Positions 9,581 through 21,015 of a DNA stretch of 64,000 bases are shown in pieces (position 1 is the stretch's first letter; each line of letters begins with the position of its first letter). The notes under the pieces were generated by a model. That model was not told the DNA's origin. It was given only the letters and a program-made list of their open reading frames with translations, and searched no databases. Both the position numbers and the translations under genes were made by a program. This stretch comes from Spirochaetota bacterium (lineage in GTDB: Bacteria; Spirochaetota; UBA4802; UBA5550). The DNA lies in NCBI GenBank assembly GCA_035400945.1, contig DAONAJ010000003.1:88676-152675 (forward strand), written 5' to 3'.

Positions 9581-10651
9581 TCAGCGCTTTTCGTAATTCT
9601 TCTCGATCCAGTTGCGGTATTCACCGCTCCTGACGCGGGCCGCCCACCGCTCGTTGTCAAGGTACCACCGGATCGTCTTGTCGAGACCTCCGTCGAAATC
9701 ATAGCTCTGGCGCCATCCCAGTTCCTTCTTTATCTTGTCGCAGTTGATCGCGTAGCGGCGGTCATGGCCGGGACGGTCTTTCACGAAGGTGATCAGTTTC
9801 TTGTAATAGTCCTTATCCTTGCCCATGGCGGCGCCCATCTTTTCGCAGAGGACGTGGACGAGCTTCAGGTTTTCCCATTCATTCTCCCCGCCGATATTGT
9901 AGGTTTCCCCGGCCTTACCCTTGTTGACGATGAGCCACACAGCCGAGTTGTGGTCATCGACATAGAGCCAGTCGCGGACATTCCTGCCGTCTCCGTAGAC
10001 CGGCAGGGGCTTTTCATCCTTGATATTCTGTATCATCAGGGGGATGAGCTTCTCCGGGAACTGGTACGGCCCGTAGTTATTGGAACAGTTTGACAGGGTC
10101 ACCGGGATGTTATAGGTGTGGCTGTAGGCCATCACCAGGTGGTCCGACGAGGCCTTGGAAGCCGAATAGGGGCTGCGCGGGTCATAGGGGGTCGTCTCGA
10201 AAAAATATCCCGTATCGCCGAGGGAGCCGTACACCTCGTCGGTGCTGATATGATGGAAGAGCACGTCATCCCTGCCGTTCCAGCATTCGCGGGCAACTTC
10301 CAGCAGGTTGAAGGTGCCCATGATATTGGTCTGGATGAATTCCTTGGGTCCGAAGATTGAGCGGTCCACGTGGGATTCCGCCGCGAAATGTATGACCGTG
10401 TCGATGGCGTGCCTTTCAAAGAGCGCCTTGATTTTATCAAAATCGCACACGTCCGTCTTTTCAAAAAAATACCGCCTGCCGCCGTGGGCGCTTTCAATGT
10501 CCGCCAGGTTCTCGGGATTGCCGGCATAGGTGAGCTTGTCGACGTTGACAACGGTGCCGGCAAACCCCTTCTGGCCGAAGAGGTACCTGATAAAATTTGA
10601 TCCGATAAAACCGGCCCCGCCGGTTACCATGATATTGGTGAGCTTTCTCAT
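9581..10651 (-). CDS. rfbB: dTDP-glucose 4,6-dehydratase
   Basis: 356 aa extended SDR; TGGAGFIGSNF, catalytic YSASKASSDHLVMAY; last gene of rfbACDB cluster. Confidence 0.9.
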   Translation of the reverse strand: MRKLTNIMVTGGAGFIGSNFIRYLFGQKGFAGTVVNVDKLTYAGNPENLADIESAHGGRRYFFEKTDVCDFDKIKALFERHAIDTVIHFAAESHVDRSIFGPKEFIQTNIMGTFNLLEVARECWNGRDDVLFHHISTDEVYGSLGDTGYFFETTPYDPRSPYSASKASSDHLVMAYSHTYNIPVTLSNCSNNYGPYQFPEKLIPLMIQNIKDEKPLPVYGDGRNVRDWLYVDDHNSAVWLIVNKGKAGETYNIGGENEWENLKLVHVLCEKMGAAMGKDKDYYKKLITFVKDRPGHDRRYAINCDKIKKELGWRQSYDFDGGLDKTIRWYLDNERWAARVRSGEYRNWIEKNYEKR

Positions 10652-10675
10652 CTCATTCTCCCTGTGACTAAAATA

Positions 10676-11539
10676 TCATTTCCGCAGATTGCCGATGCAA
10701 TCCGCCAGCGCCTCGCGCCAGTCCCGGCACCGAACTCCCAGCTCGCGGATTATTTTCTCTTTTGATAAATATGAATTCTTCGGCCGGCGCGCCCTCGTGG
10801 GATACTCGGCTGTCGTGATGGGCACGACCCGCACGTCGCGGTCGACAAGGCCCTGCTTCCGCGCCTGGGCGCAAATCTCCGTCGCGAACTCGTGCCATGT
10901 TGTTTTGCCCTCGTTCGTGTAATGATAGATGCCGTACCGAGTTGACCTGTCATCCACCAGTTTCACGATCGCAGCGGCAAGGTCCCCGGTGTAGGTGGGG
11001 CTCCCCCACTGGTCCGCCACGACCCGCACCTCGTCCCGCTCCCCGAAAAGCCTGATCATGGTGAGGAGGAAATTCTTCCCCGTCCGGCCATAGAGCCAGG
11101 CGGTCCTGATTATAAAGAAGCGGTTCATGACCGCAGCGATCCGCTGTTCCCCGGCAAGTTTGCTCTCGCCGTAGGCGCCGATGGGGTTCGTCGCGTCGTC
11201 CTCGCGGTAGGCGCCGGGCTTTTCACCGTCAAACACGTAATCGGTCGAGACATGGATGAGGGCGGCACCCTTCTCTTCCGCCAGCCTGGCGATATTCATA
11301 ACGCCGTCGGCGTTTATCAGGAAGGCCTTATCCCGCTCGTCTTCGGCGGCATCCACCGCGGTATAGGCGGAACAGTTGATGATCCATTCGATCTGCCGTC
11401 CGCCGGCAAAGGCGCGGAGGGCGGCGGGGTCGGTTATATCGACATCGATGTCGGACGTTATGAAGGGCAGGGCGCGCTGTTCAAGCAGCTTCTCGACATC
11501 CGACCCGAGCATGCCCCTGTTGCCGATGAGCCAGATCAT
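10676..11539 (-). CDS. rfbD: dTDP-4-dehydrorhamnose reductase
   Basis: Start set at MIWLIGNRGMLG (ATGA overlap with rfbC stop); RmlD family; the longer track ORF has a spurious N-terminal extension. Confidence 0.85.
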   Translation of the reverse strand: MIWLIGNRGMLGSDVEKLLEQRALPFITSDIDVDITDPAALRAFAGGRQIEWIINCSAYTAVDAAEDERDKAFLINADGVMNIARLAEEKGAALIHVSTDYVFDGEKPGAYREDDATNPIGAYGESKLAGEQRIAAVMNRFFIIRTAWLYGRTGKNFLLTMIRLFGERDEVRVVADQWGSPTYTGDLAAAIVKLVDDRSTRYGIYHYTNEGKTTWHEFATEICAQARKQGLVDRDVRVVPITTAEYPTRARRPKNSYLSKEKIIRELGVRCRDWREALADCIGNLRK

Positions 11540-12080
11540 ACGTCCGCCAGCTCTCGCAGATACGGAAGCACCCTGTCCTTGTCGGATACGACCGGGTCCT
11601 TCACCGGCCACGCGACGCCGATATCCGGGTCGTCCCACCTGATGCCGCCGTCAAGGGCCGCATCATATTCCTCGGTGCATTTGTAGAGGAGGTGGACTTC
11701 GTCCGTCAGTGCCAGGAAGCCGTGGGCAAAGCCGGGCGGGATAAAGAGCATACGATTGTTTTCATCGGAAAGTTCCAGGCTCAGCCAGCGCCGGTACGTG
11801 GGCGAGTCTTTCCTGATATCCACCGCCACGTCCCAGACCGCGCCCCGGATGACGCGCACCAGCTTCCCCTGGGCGCGGGGCGGACGCTGGAAATGAAGGC
11901 CGCGGATGACATTGCGGATTGACCGGGAATGGTTGTCCTGGACAAAGCGGAAGGGGATCCCGGCCCGCGTGAATTCGGATTCCTTGTATGATTCAAGGAA
12001 AAAACCGCGGTCGTCGGGAAACACCCGGGGCTCCACGAGGACAAGGCCGTTTATTTCAAGGTTTGTGAATGCAAACGGCA

Positions 12081-12081
<1 letters not shown>
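11536..12081 (-). CDS. rfbC: dTDP-4-dehydrorhamnose 3,5-epimerase
   Basis: 181 aa cupin; RmlC motifs (RGLHFQ, DNHSRS); start overlaps rfbA stop. Confidence 0.9.
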
Positions 12082-12956
<875 letters not shown>

Positions 12957-13177
12957 AATGCCTCGATAAGATGTATATTATAACTATTTTTTTCAATTCC
13001 CCCTGCGCCGGAAACTGCAGGGAAAAACCATCATTCATGGTATTACAGCATATCCTGTAATACTGAATAACTCAATTCAGCATGAAACATTGTTAAAATA
13101 TGAATTATACACACCCGGATTGCAGAGTGTACAGCTTAATTTTGAAGGGATATCCGTCAACGGGAAATTAATTTTTT

Positions 13178-13732
13178 TTATAATCCAATTTTTTTGCATA
13201 AACCGGCCAGGTGATAGACCACTATGCCGTAGGCAACGGTGACATTGAGGGACTGTTTCAGGCCATGCATCGGTATATCAACCGCCATGTCGCACAGGGA
13301 CAGCAGCTCATCGGTAATGCCCTTCACCTCGTTGCCCAGGACCAGACAAAGGGGGAATTCATACCGGGCCTCGTCATAGGGAATACTCCGGCCGGTGTGC
13401 TCCAGGGCCACGATCCGGGACCCCTGGCCCCTGAGGCCGCGGATCACCTCAAACTGGTTCGGCCGGTATTCCCAGGGGACGCTTTCCACGCTCCCGAGGG
13501 CGGTCTTGTCGATCTCCGGCCGCGGAGGATGGCCCGTATAGCCGCACAGGTAGAGCTTTTCTATGCCGGCGCCGTCCGAGGTGCGGAAAATGGAACCCAC
13601 ATTGTACAGACTGCGAATGTCCTCGCACACCACGGTTACGGGTAACCGCTTCGCCTTCCTCAGCTGATCAAGGGAGGGGCGGGCCGATTTCAGCTCCTGG
13701 TGCGATAATTTTCTGATTGTGTCATCAGTCAT
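13178..13732 (-). CDS. SpoU/TrmH family RNA 2'-O-methyltransferase
   Basis: 184 aa SPOUT fold; LVLGNEVKGI and C-terminal knot motifs. Confidence 0.8.
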   Translation of the reverse strand: MTDDTIRKLSHQELKSARPSLDQLRKAKRLPVTVVCEDIRSLYNVGSIFRTSDGAGIEKLYLCGYTGHPPRPEIDKTALGSVESVPWEYRPNQFEVIRGLRGQGSRIVALEHTGRSIPYDEARYEFPLCLVLGNEVKGITDELLSLCDMAVDIPMHGLKQSLNVTVAYGIVVYHLAGLCKKIGL

Positions 13733-13739
13733 GGCAGGG

Positions 13740-14441
13740 TCATCTCCCGCGCAACAAGCCGTTGAAACGGGCGATGGGCCATTCCTTTTCCCTGGCCCGA
13801 GCCTCCAGGAGGCGGTCCGGGTTTACCGCGCAGGGGAATCCCACCATCTCCAGAAAGGGCGCGTCATAAATGCTGTCCCCGAAAAAGGCGCAGCGGACGA
13901 GGGGAACGCCGGCTTCGGCGGCGTAGCGCTTTCCCAGCTCCACCTTGCCCTCCCCGAAGCTGTAGGGCCTGACCGGTTCGGTGAAGCGGACGCCATCGTC
14001 ATGGAAGCGATTGGCGATCATATGGTCCATCTCGAGGTAATGCGCATAGGGCCCGGCAATGCATTCGTTCTGTGCCGTCAGGAGAACGACCCGGCACCCG
14101 CGTTGTTTCAGCTTCCTGATCAGGTCCGCCGCTTCCCGGTATACATGGTTCCTCCCTGCGTCATCGAAGAATTTCTTCCCCATCGCCCGGAATTCTTCCG
14201 TCCCAAGGCTGCCGACGCGGAACTTCTGGTAGCGCATGTATTCTTCAATGTGCATCCCGCCCCGGCGGAAGTCCCGGTAAAGCTTCGAAAGCCACGCGCG
14301 CTCGACCCACCCCTTCAGGTTACGGCGGGAGCGCCACGAGGCCCAGAGGGAATCCGTGTCCGCGTCGGTGATTGTCTCGTCCAGATCGAAAAAGGCGATC
14401 GACGCATCCTGCAGGTCATCGCTGATGAATTGGGTAGTCAT
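13740..14441 (-). CDS. HAD-IB family hydrolase
   Basis: 233 aa; FFDLDETITDADT motif I; paralogous to the 3098-3769 gene. Confidence 0.7.
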   Translation of the reverse strand: MTTQFISDDLQDASIAFFDLDETITDADTDSLWASWRSRRNLKGWVERAWLSKLYRDFRRGGMHIEEYMRYQKFRVGSLGTEEFRAMGKKFFDDAGRNHVYREAADLIRKLKQRGCRVVLLTAQNECIAGPYAHYLEMDHMIANRFHDDGVRFTEPVRPYSFGEGKVELGKRYAAEAGVPLVRCAFFGDSIYDAPFLEMVGFPCAVNPDRLLEARAREKEWPIARFNGLLRGR

Positions 14442-14586
14442 AGCCGCACCAGGTCCTGAATGTGATATAGGGAAAAGTACATCTCGCGGAGGGAGTTAAT
14501 TAATTCAAGAATTTTATGAGGCGTGCGGGAAATATTCTCTGGCCGCGCACCGGAACCTTTATCCATGAAGTTACGGGATGCGAAAA

Positions 14587-16143
14587 TTAATCATCGATGA
14601 TCAGGGCCATGTTGTGGAGATCCTGCACCATGCAGTCCAGGTCCCGGGAACTCTCCGAAAGCCTCCGGGCCCCCTCGGAGTAGACCTGGGTGATTTCATT
14701 CAGGCTGGTGATGGACTTCACGATCTCGCTCATGGACGCCTTCTGATCAGCCATCGACTTCTTGATCTCGTCGGACATGTTCATGACCGCCCCGGCCTCG
14801 TCGATGACCCTGCGGTTGATCTCCTTCTGGTTTTCCATCTGCTGGGAGATCTCCCGTATCTCGGTGCTGATGGCGCTTACGCCGGAGATGATCTTCATGA
14901 TGGTGGCCACCGTTGCCTCGACGTTGGCCATGCCGCGGCCGATCTCCTCGACGTTCGCCTTGATGAGCCCGTCGATCTCCTTGATGCTCGCCGCGGTCTG
15001 GTCGGCCAGCTTGGATATCTCGTCGGCGACTACGGCGAAGCCGCGCCCGGCCTCGCCGGCCCGGGCCGCCTCGATGGCGGCGTTCAGGCTGAGGAGGTTC
15101 GTCTTGTCGGATATATCGCCGATCATGCCCACGATGCCGGTCATCTGCCCCGAGCTCTCGTTGACCTTCGTGAAGCTCGCGCTCATGGCGCTGAGGACGT
15201 CGCCGCCGCGGTTGGCGACGCCGGACACCTCGTCCGTCAGGGCAAAGGCCTTCTGGATCCGCGCGGCGATCTCCCGGACCGTGCCGGAGAGGGTCTCGAT
15301 GTTCCCCGTGAGGGACACCATGCTGGTGTACTGGTTCACCACGCTGTCGGACACCATGTCGACGCCGCTGGAGATCTCCTCGGAGGTGGCGGTAATCTGT
15401 TCGATGGCCGAGGCCTGGCTCTGGGACTGCATGGAAAAGGAATCCGACTCCTTCGATAGCCGGCCGGAATTGTCCGTCAGCTTTGCCGATACATCCTTAA
15501 TGGAGTCATAGAGGCCCTTGATGACCCGGTACTGGTCCTCGTTTTTCTTCGCCTGTTCTTCCGTGCGGTCAAGGGCCGTTTTATTAATCTTGAATATCTG
15601 GTATGATATGAGACCGATAAAAACAATCGCGATGCCGCTGTCCACCAGGTAATCTATGGATGAGGTTTCATCCAGCTTGAACCTGTCAGACATCAACAGG
15701 AAGAAAAGAATGAATATCAGTAAATTGACCCCCGCATAGAGAAGGATGACCCATTTTTTCTTGGACACTACCAGGGGCGTCAGCACCAGGATGCCCGGAA
15801 TGTACACGATCGTGTCCAGGACGACTATGGAGCTTTTACTTTCATCAAGAAAGAGCGTGGCCCATACGGCAAGAAGGGTGATAATCATGAGCATATGCGC
15901 GGCAACGACATATTTCCCTTTTTTAAGGAAATAAATGGCGATCACCACCATGACCATGACCATGACCAGGGGGGCATTGAGTTCAATAGCCACCTGCCCC
16001 GTCACGATGTTCATGATGATGACGATAGGCACGATGCTGAAGATGATCAGCGAAATCGTGAGGATAATCCGTGATTTCTGCTTCAGGATATAGCTTGAAT
16101 CACGATAGACGCCGAGAAAATAGTCAATGATTTTTGAAAACAT
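14587..16143 (-). CDS. Methyl-accepting chemotaxis protein with N-terminal 6-TM sensor module (family A)
   Basis: 518 aa; about 190 aa polytopic membrane N-terminus, then MCP signalling domain with the highly conserved hairpin tip (NLLSLNAAIEAARAGEAGRGFAVVADEI). Confidence 0.85.
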   Translation of the reverse strand: MFSKIIDYFLGVYRDSSYILKQKSRIILTISLIIFSIVPIVIIMNIVTGQVAIELNAPLVMVMVMVVIAIYFLKKGKYVVAAHMLMIITLLAVWATLFLDESKSSIVVLDTIVYIPGILVLTPLVVSKKKWVILLYAGVNLLIFILFFLLMSDRFKLDETSSIDYLVDSGIAIVFIGLISYQIFKINKTALDRTEEQAKKNEDQYRVIKGLYDSIKDVSAKLTDNSGRLSKESDSFSMQSQSQASAIEQITATSEEISSGVDMVSDSVVNQYTSMVSLTGNIETLSGTVREIAARIQKAFALTDEVSGVANRGGDVLSAMSASFTKVNESSGQMTGIVGMIGDISDKTNLLSLNAAIEAARAGEAGRGFAVVADEISKLADQTAASIKEIDGLIKANVEEIGRGMANVEATVATIMKIISGVSAISTEIREISQQMENQKEINRRVIDEAGAVMNMSDEIKKSMADQKASMSEIVKSITSLNEITQVYSEGARRLSESSRDLDCMVQDLHNMALIIDD

Positions 16144-16266
16144 AGTCGCCCCGTTTGCACCCTCTGAAACAGTAACAGTTTCATCCCCTCGCCCTGGTGC
16201 CGATTGTCATACCATAAACTGAACAGTGGTCAACCATTTTATTTTTTTAGAGAAAAGAAGGCGCAT

Positions 16267-17892
16267 TTAAACCAATCTTCTTATAACGATAACGGTGCAG
16301 TCATCTCCCGGCGGCTTCAGTCCGAGAAACCGGTAGAATTCATCCATGATATGGTCCAGGATAGCCCGGGCGGGACCGGCAGGCCCCCCTTCCAGGGATT
16401 CAATGATACGCTTCTGGCCGTATTGTTCCGCGGATTCATTGACGCTTTCATCAAGACCGTCGGTATACAGGAGCAGGACGTCATCCTTGGCCATGCGGAA
16501 CCGGACAACGTCAAAATCGCCGCTGATGTCATCCATGCCGAGGATGGTCCCCCGCTGGTCCCTGTCCTGCGGCTTGACCATGCCGGCCCTTCCGGTGCCG
16601 GCCCTCCTCATCAGCAGGGCGTGATGGCCGGCATTGACGTATTCCACGCGGTCATCCCTGAACCTGAGCACGATGCCGCTCAGGTAGTTGTCGACGCTGC
16701 TGATGTCCGATTTCAGGTCAGCGTTCACATTCTCAATGACCTTGCCGAGACCGGCATCCTTCATCTGGGTGAAATTCCTCCCGATGATCGATTTCGCCAG
16801 GAGGGTGAAGATCCCCGCCGATATGCCATGGCCCGAAACGTCAAAGAGGGAAAGGCCTGCCAGCCTGTTGTCATGGACGTAAAAGTCATACAGGTCGCCT
16901 GAAACCCCCGCCTTGGGAAGATAGTCGAAGGCCACATCCCACTCGTCCGACGCCGGGGCCTCCCTGGGGAACAGGCTCTCCTGCACCCCGGCCGCCATGG
17001 CCATGTCCAGGGACGCGACGCGCTGGGCGTCCTCCAGCTCGGCGTTGGTATGGACCAGGCGGTCGTTGATAGCTTCGAGCTCCTCCATGGCGGCGTGGAG
17101 CTCCTCGGTGCGCTCCTCCACCTTCTTCTCCAGGTTCCTGTTCAGCTCCTCGACCTCGATCTGGAGCCGGACATAGCGGTTCATCAGAATCTGCGCCATG
17201 GAAAGTATTATGATGATATAGGCGTATTCAATGAGGTATATGAAGGGGTAAACCGCCGCCCCCACCAGGACATCATTGGCCGCGGCGATGAAAAATATCA
17301 CGAAGGCGACAAGGAGGGGGAGAATCTTCCTGTTCCCCGATTTCAGGTCTTTCACGATCAGGTAGAGTATCCACACATACCCCGCCATCATGGAGACATA
17401 CTGCACCAGATAGATGAGGCCCGGATCCACTTCCTGGTAGGTGATGTTGATGTAATTTCCAAGCCTTACCGGTTTCAGCATCGGGCGGTCCAGCGACAAC
17501 GTGAGTTCGTTCCTGACCGCCAGGCCGAGTATGAAAAGAACGAAAAAGTATCCGGCGATAACATAAAACAGCTTGCCGATCCGGTAATGCGAGAAATCAA
17601 AGAGGAACCAGAGCACCGCGATGCAGAGAAGGGCCAGACTGGCAAACTGGAACCGCTGCCAGAACATGCCCTCGGCCAGGGTCTGCGCGTTGTAGAGGCC
17701 CCCGCAGAAGAGGTCGTAGGCGGAAACGATAAAGCAGGTCACGGCGAAGGAAAGCTGTTCTCTCTCCGACCTTCTCCTGAAATACATCCAGAGGTAATAG
17801 AATCCCACGTAGAACGAAACGGACGCGGACATAAAAACAGGCACTGATAACCAGTTCACGGATGCGATCCCTCCTGTACAGCTCTGGTTCAT
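16267..17892 (-). CDS. 7TM receptor (7TMR-DISM-like 7TM, family B) fused to PP2C/SpoIIE protein phosphatase
   Basis: 541 aa; 7 predicted TM helices, coiled-coil linker, SpoIIE/PP2C domain (GDLYDFYVHDNRLAGLSLFDVSGHG...YTDGL). Confidence 0.8.
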   Translation of the reverse strand: MNQSCTGGIASVNWLSVPVFMSASVSFYVGFYYLWMYFRRRSEREQLSFAVTCFIVSAYDLFCGGLYNAQTLAEGMFWQRFQFASLALLCIAVLWFLFDFSHYRIGKLFYVIAGYFFVLFILGLAVRNELTLSLDRPMLKPVRLGNYINITYQEVDPGLIYLVQYVSMMAGYVWILYLIVKDLKSGNRKILPLLVAFVIFFIAAANDVLVGAAVYPFIYLIEYAYIIIILSMAQILMNRYVRLQIEVEELNRNLEKKVEERTEELHAAMEELEAINDRLVHTNAELEDAQRVASLDMAMAAGVQESLFPREAPASDEWDVAFDYLPKAGVSGDLYDFYVHDNRLAGLSLFDVSGHGISAGIFTLLAKSIIGRNFTQMKDAGLGKVIENVNADLKSDISSVDNYLSGIVLRFRDDRVEYVNAGHHALLMRRAGTGRAGMVKPQDRDQRGTILGMDDISGDFDVVRFRMAKDDVLLLYTDGLDESVNESAEQYGQKRIIESLEGGPAGPARAILDHIMDEFYRFLGLKPPGDDCTVIVIRRLV

Positions 17893-18033
17893 GACCGGCC
17901 CCTCAGCCGCGGCCTTTATCCGCCCGCGCCGCAGGACAAGGCGGAATCGCCTGCCATGAATCCCTGCTGGTATATAAATCGGTTCCCCCGCCGATCAAAT
18001 TCAGCATTACAGCGGGGTTTTTGCCCCATATAA

Positions 18034-20973
18034 CTACGGCTTCCCTGCCGCCGGGCCGGCGCTGCCGGCAAAGGTGTCCCTGAACTTCTCGATCGTAATC
18101 CTGAACCGGCCTGAAAGCCTTCCCTCGCGGGCAGCGAGGCGGATGCCCAGGGCCATGTAGGCCGTGCGCATCGATATCTTGTAGGCGCGCGAAAGCCTGA
18201 TGGTCTCCGTCGTGGCCCACCGGAGTATGAATTTAAAGGCGTAATCGTACACCGTTTCGTCAACATGCCTCAGCTCGCCGTTCCAGGCGTCAGGGTGGAA
18301 CCTGCAGACCAGGTTGTGCACGATGGGATGGACGAACCCTTCCCGGTGCATGCGGCCGTAGCCGAAGACCTGGATCAGGCCGTTCAGCCATTCCAGATAC
18401 GAGGCCAGGACCCCGCCGGAATTGGCCAGGATATCGGGGAAGGAGATCCTTCCCATCTCGGTTAGGACGTCCTCCGCGTCGGCGGTCACCGGCCCGTTGG
18501 CGCCCTGGAGGACGTACTCCCCTTCCAGGACCCTCACGTTCACGGTCGTGCCGCGGCCGTCGCCGCGGTTGACGATGACGTCCTCGAGGGCGGAGGGGAC
18601 CACGACGTTCACGACCGCCGAAAGCGGCCGGATCGTGTCCGCCGGGATGAACTCGCCGCGGTCAAGGATTTCCCGGGGAGCGTCGGCGAGCCTGCATGTC
18701 CCGCTCCTGCAGAAGGCGTGAAGGCCGGCGATTCCCTCTATGCCCCGGTCGTTCGCCAGGGTGCCGCTGATGTCGGATATCATCTTTATCTTTCCCCCGA
18801 TGCCGTCGATGATCCCGGCAAAGGAGGCGCCCACCTTGCCGAAGCCCTGGACCGCGAAGGTGAGCATCCTGATGCGGCGGTGCGCCAGGCGGTAAAACTC
18901 TTCGTCGGAGGATAGTGCGTCGCCCACCCTGGCCGGATCGGCCCAGAGGGACGGGTCGCCGTAATCGCCGAAATTCTGCTGCGCCGCCAGTACCTCGACC
19001 AGGCCCCTGCCGGTGGCGCCGGTGCGGATCCGCAGCCCCCGCGCCCCGGGCTTCCCGGTTATGGAGGCGGCGGTATATCCTTCAAGCCTGTCGCGGTCGG
19101 AGGCGAGGGTTTTCACCAGCTCGCCGGAACCGGTGCTGATGCCGAAATTCTCTTTCAGGATGCGCGCCTCCGGGGAATCCGGGGCGAGGGAGCCGGCCAT
19201 GATGGCCTTCAGATCCCGGGAAGCGTTATCCGTTATGCGGTTGAACAGGATGCCGATCTCGTCCGCGCCGATGCCCACGTCCCCGGCGGGAACGTCGGAG
19301 AAGGGCCCCACGCCCGCCCGGTAATAAAGAAAATCGGCGTAGGCGTTGAGGACGTTTTCACGGGCCTCCTTCCCCTCCTCCGCCGGAAGGGAGCTGAAGC
19401 GCAGGTCTCCCAGGATGCCCCCCTTGCCGGCGGCGTAGAGGGGAATTCCCAGGCCGAGGGTCTTGAAGAGCATGTTGGTGGACAGGGCCCCCTCGCCGGA
19501 AAAGGAAACATGGTCCGCGTGGGCCCTGATCCCGCCCTTGCCGATCCCGATCCCGCTGATCCGGATAAAAAGGTACTGCCTGCCGGTCCGGGGCTCCCGG
19601 TAATCTTCATAATAAATGTCGCGGAAGGATATAAGGCGGATGATCTCCTCGTCCGTGAGGGAGCGCGCCGGGCGGTCCGCCTCGCGCTCCAGGGGCACCG
19701 TCGACGCAGTCACGATGTTCTTCAGGGTGGACCAGTAGTAATCGTTCTTCATCTCCGCCGTCGGGTTCAGGAGATAGTGCTTGATCAGGCCGAAGGTCTT
19801 TTCCCGTATGTCACGGTTCCCGTCGTTCAGCAGAAAGACCAGGGGTATCAGGTATTCCTTGCGCTTGTTCTTCTGCATCGCCTCGATCAGGTCAAGCTTC
19901 TCGTAATCCTTTGCGGTCCTGATGCGGTCCAGGAGCTCCCGTATCTCGCCCACCGAAACGGGGGCCGACTGGAGCAGCACCAGCCGGTTATAGAGCTCCC
20001 CTCTCAGGAAATCCTCAACCTCGGGCGAGAGCATCGCGGCCTCGACGCAGGTGGTGAGGGCAATGAAGGCGCGCCCGCCGATAAGGAACGTTTCGAAGTA
20101 CTGGCGGTTGATGGAAATGCCGCGGCGCTCGAAGATCCTGTTGATGGTGCTGAAGTTTTCCTGGAACTTCTCCAGGGGCAGCCAGACCCGGACCATCTTT
20201 TCGTCCGACCCGTCCTCCCGGTCGGGCATGACATCGATATACAGGTCTTCATCGTTGCGGATAAGGGAGCGGACCGACAGCCAGGGAAACAAATAGTTCT
20301 GGATATTGCGCTTTTTTGCATTATGGAGCGCCCTGGTCAAAAATCCGCTCCCGCAGGAGGCGATAAAGTCGCGGATGTCACCGGCGGCGACCGGCGGCGT
20401 TTGGCCGCGAAGCGCCTCCGCCATGAAGGCCGCGGCCCCATCACCTTTGCCGGCTTCGGCGGGCCGCGCCTCCTCCCTCTCGAGGATATAGAGCCTCCGG
20501 ATGTCCCTGTTCTCCGGGTGAAAGCGCACCAGGTACGAATAGAGGCGGAAGCGGCAGGGGCCGCCATCGCTCATGATGCGCTCAATGGCCGCCGTGGTCT
20601 TGCGGACAAGATCGGTCGTATCGGATATGAGGAAGAGGTGCTTGTCGGGAAAATCGCCGCGGACATCTATGTTCCGGTAACAGCCGTCGGCATCGCAGCG
20701 CTCCTTTTCCTGGTAACGGTTGTGCTCCAGGAGAAAAGAAACCTCCTCGATGCTGAGGGACAGCTCTTCCAGGTCACGGTAAAGATAGGGATAGTCCCAT
20801 GAATTGATTTTTGCGGCTATGCTCTCGAGCTCATGGATGATGGATTCGGGCGAAAGATCCGAATGGCTCACCAGGTGGTCATAGAGCCTCTTGACATCCT
20901 TGTCCGATATCAGCCGTGACTTGATCCGGTTCAATCTCTCAGCATAGGGATCCGCTCCGCTTTGTGCCAGCAT
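18034..20973 (-). CDS. Large Glu/Leu/Phe/Val-dehydrogenase superfamily protein (large NAD-GDH-like, about 110 kDa class)
   Basis: 979 aa; C-terminal half carries all GDH signatures (GIGKGGIR and AAGKGGILGD Lys motifs, DVPAGDVGIGADEIG, Rossmann VQGFGKVGASFAG, PDILANSGGVLASYLEW) with an internal insertion of about 35-40 aa; about 470 aa N-terminal region has no domain I recognise. Confidence 0.7.
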   Translation of the reverse strand: MLAQSGADPYAERLNRIKSRLISDKDVKRLYDHLVSHSDLSPESIIHELESIAAKINSWDYPYLYRDLEELSLSIEEVSFLLEHNRYQEKERCDADGCYRNIDVRGDFPDKHLFLISDTTDLVRKTTAAIERIMSDGGPCRFRLYSYLVRFHPENRDIRRLYILEREEARPAEAGKGDGAAAFMAEALRGQTPPVAAGDIRDFIASCGSGFLTRALHNAKKRNIQNYLFPWLSVRSLIRNDEDLYIDVMPDREDGSDEKMVRVWLPLEKFQENFSTINRIFERRGISINRQYFETFLIGGRAFIALTTCVEAAMLSPEVEDFLRGELYNRLVLLQSAPVSVGEIRELLDRIRTAKDYEKLDLIEAMQKNKRKEYLIPLVFLLNDGNRDIREKTFGLIKHYLLNPTAEMKNDYYWSTLKNIVTASTVPLEREADRPARSLTDEEIIRLISFRDIYYEDYREPRTGRQYLFIRISGIGIGKGGIRAHADHVSFSGEGALSTNMLFKTLGLGIPLYAAGKGGILGDLRFSSLPAEEGKEARENVLNAYADFLYYRAGVGPFSDVPAGDVGIGADEIGILFNRITDNASRDLKAIMAGSLAPDSPEARILKENFGISTGSGELVKTLASDRDRLEGYTAASITGKPGARGLRIRTGATGRGLVEVLAAQQNFGDYGDPSLWADPARVGDALSSDEEFYRLAHRRIRMLTFAVQGFGKVGASFAGIIDGIGGKIKMISDISGTLANDRGIEGIAGLHAFCRSGTCRLADAPREILDRGEFIPADTIRPLSAVVNVVVPSALEDVIVNRGDGRGTTVNVRVLEGEYVLQGANGPVTADAEDVLTEMGRISFPDILANSGGVLASYLEWLNGLIQVFGYGRMHREGFVHPIVHNLVCRFHPDAWNGELRHVDETVYDYAFKFILRWATTETIRLSRAYKISMRTAYMALGIRLAAREGRLSGRFRITIEKFRDTFAGSAGPAAGKP

Positions 20974-21015
20974 GATGACCGTTCCTCCTGACCGGGCGCA
21001 CGAACACGCGCTATG

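Noticed and set aside
19510-20802. 430-aa plus-strand ORF inside the GDH-like gene (and similar long antisense ORFs at 9392-10093, 13719-14459, 14578-15459, 16204-16902, 17050-17847, 22417-23703, 24882-25736, 27301-27903, 45565-46617, 60712-61998, 62139-62945)
   Set aside because: All are opposite-strand shadows of confidently assigned genes; translations are Arg/Gly/Pro-rich nonsense.
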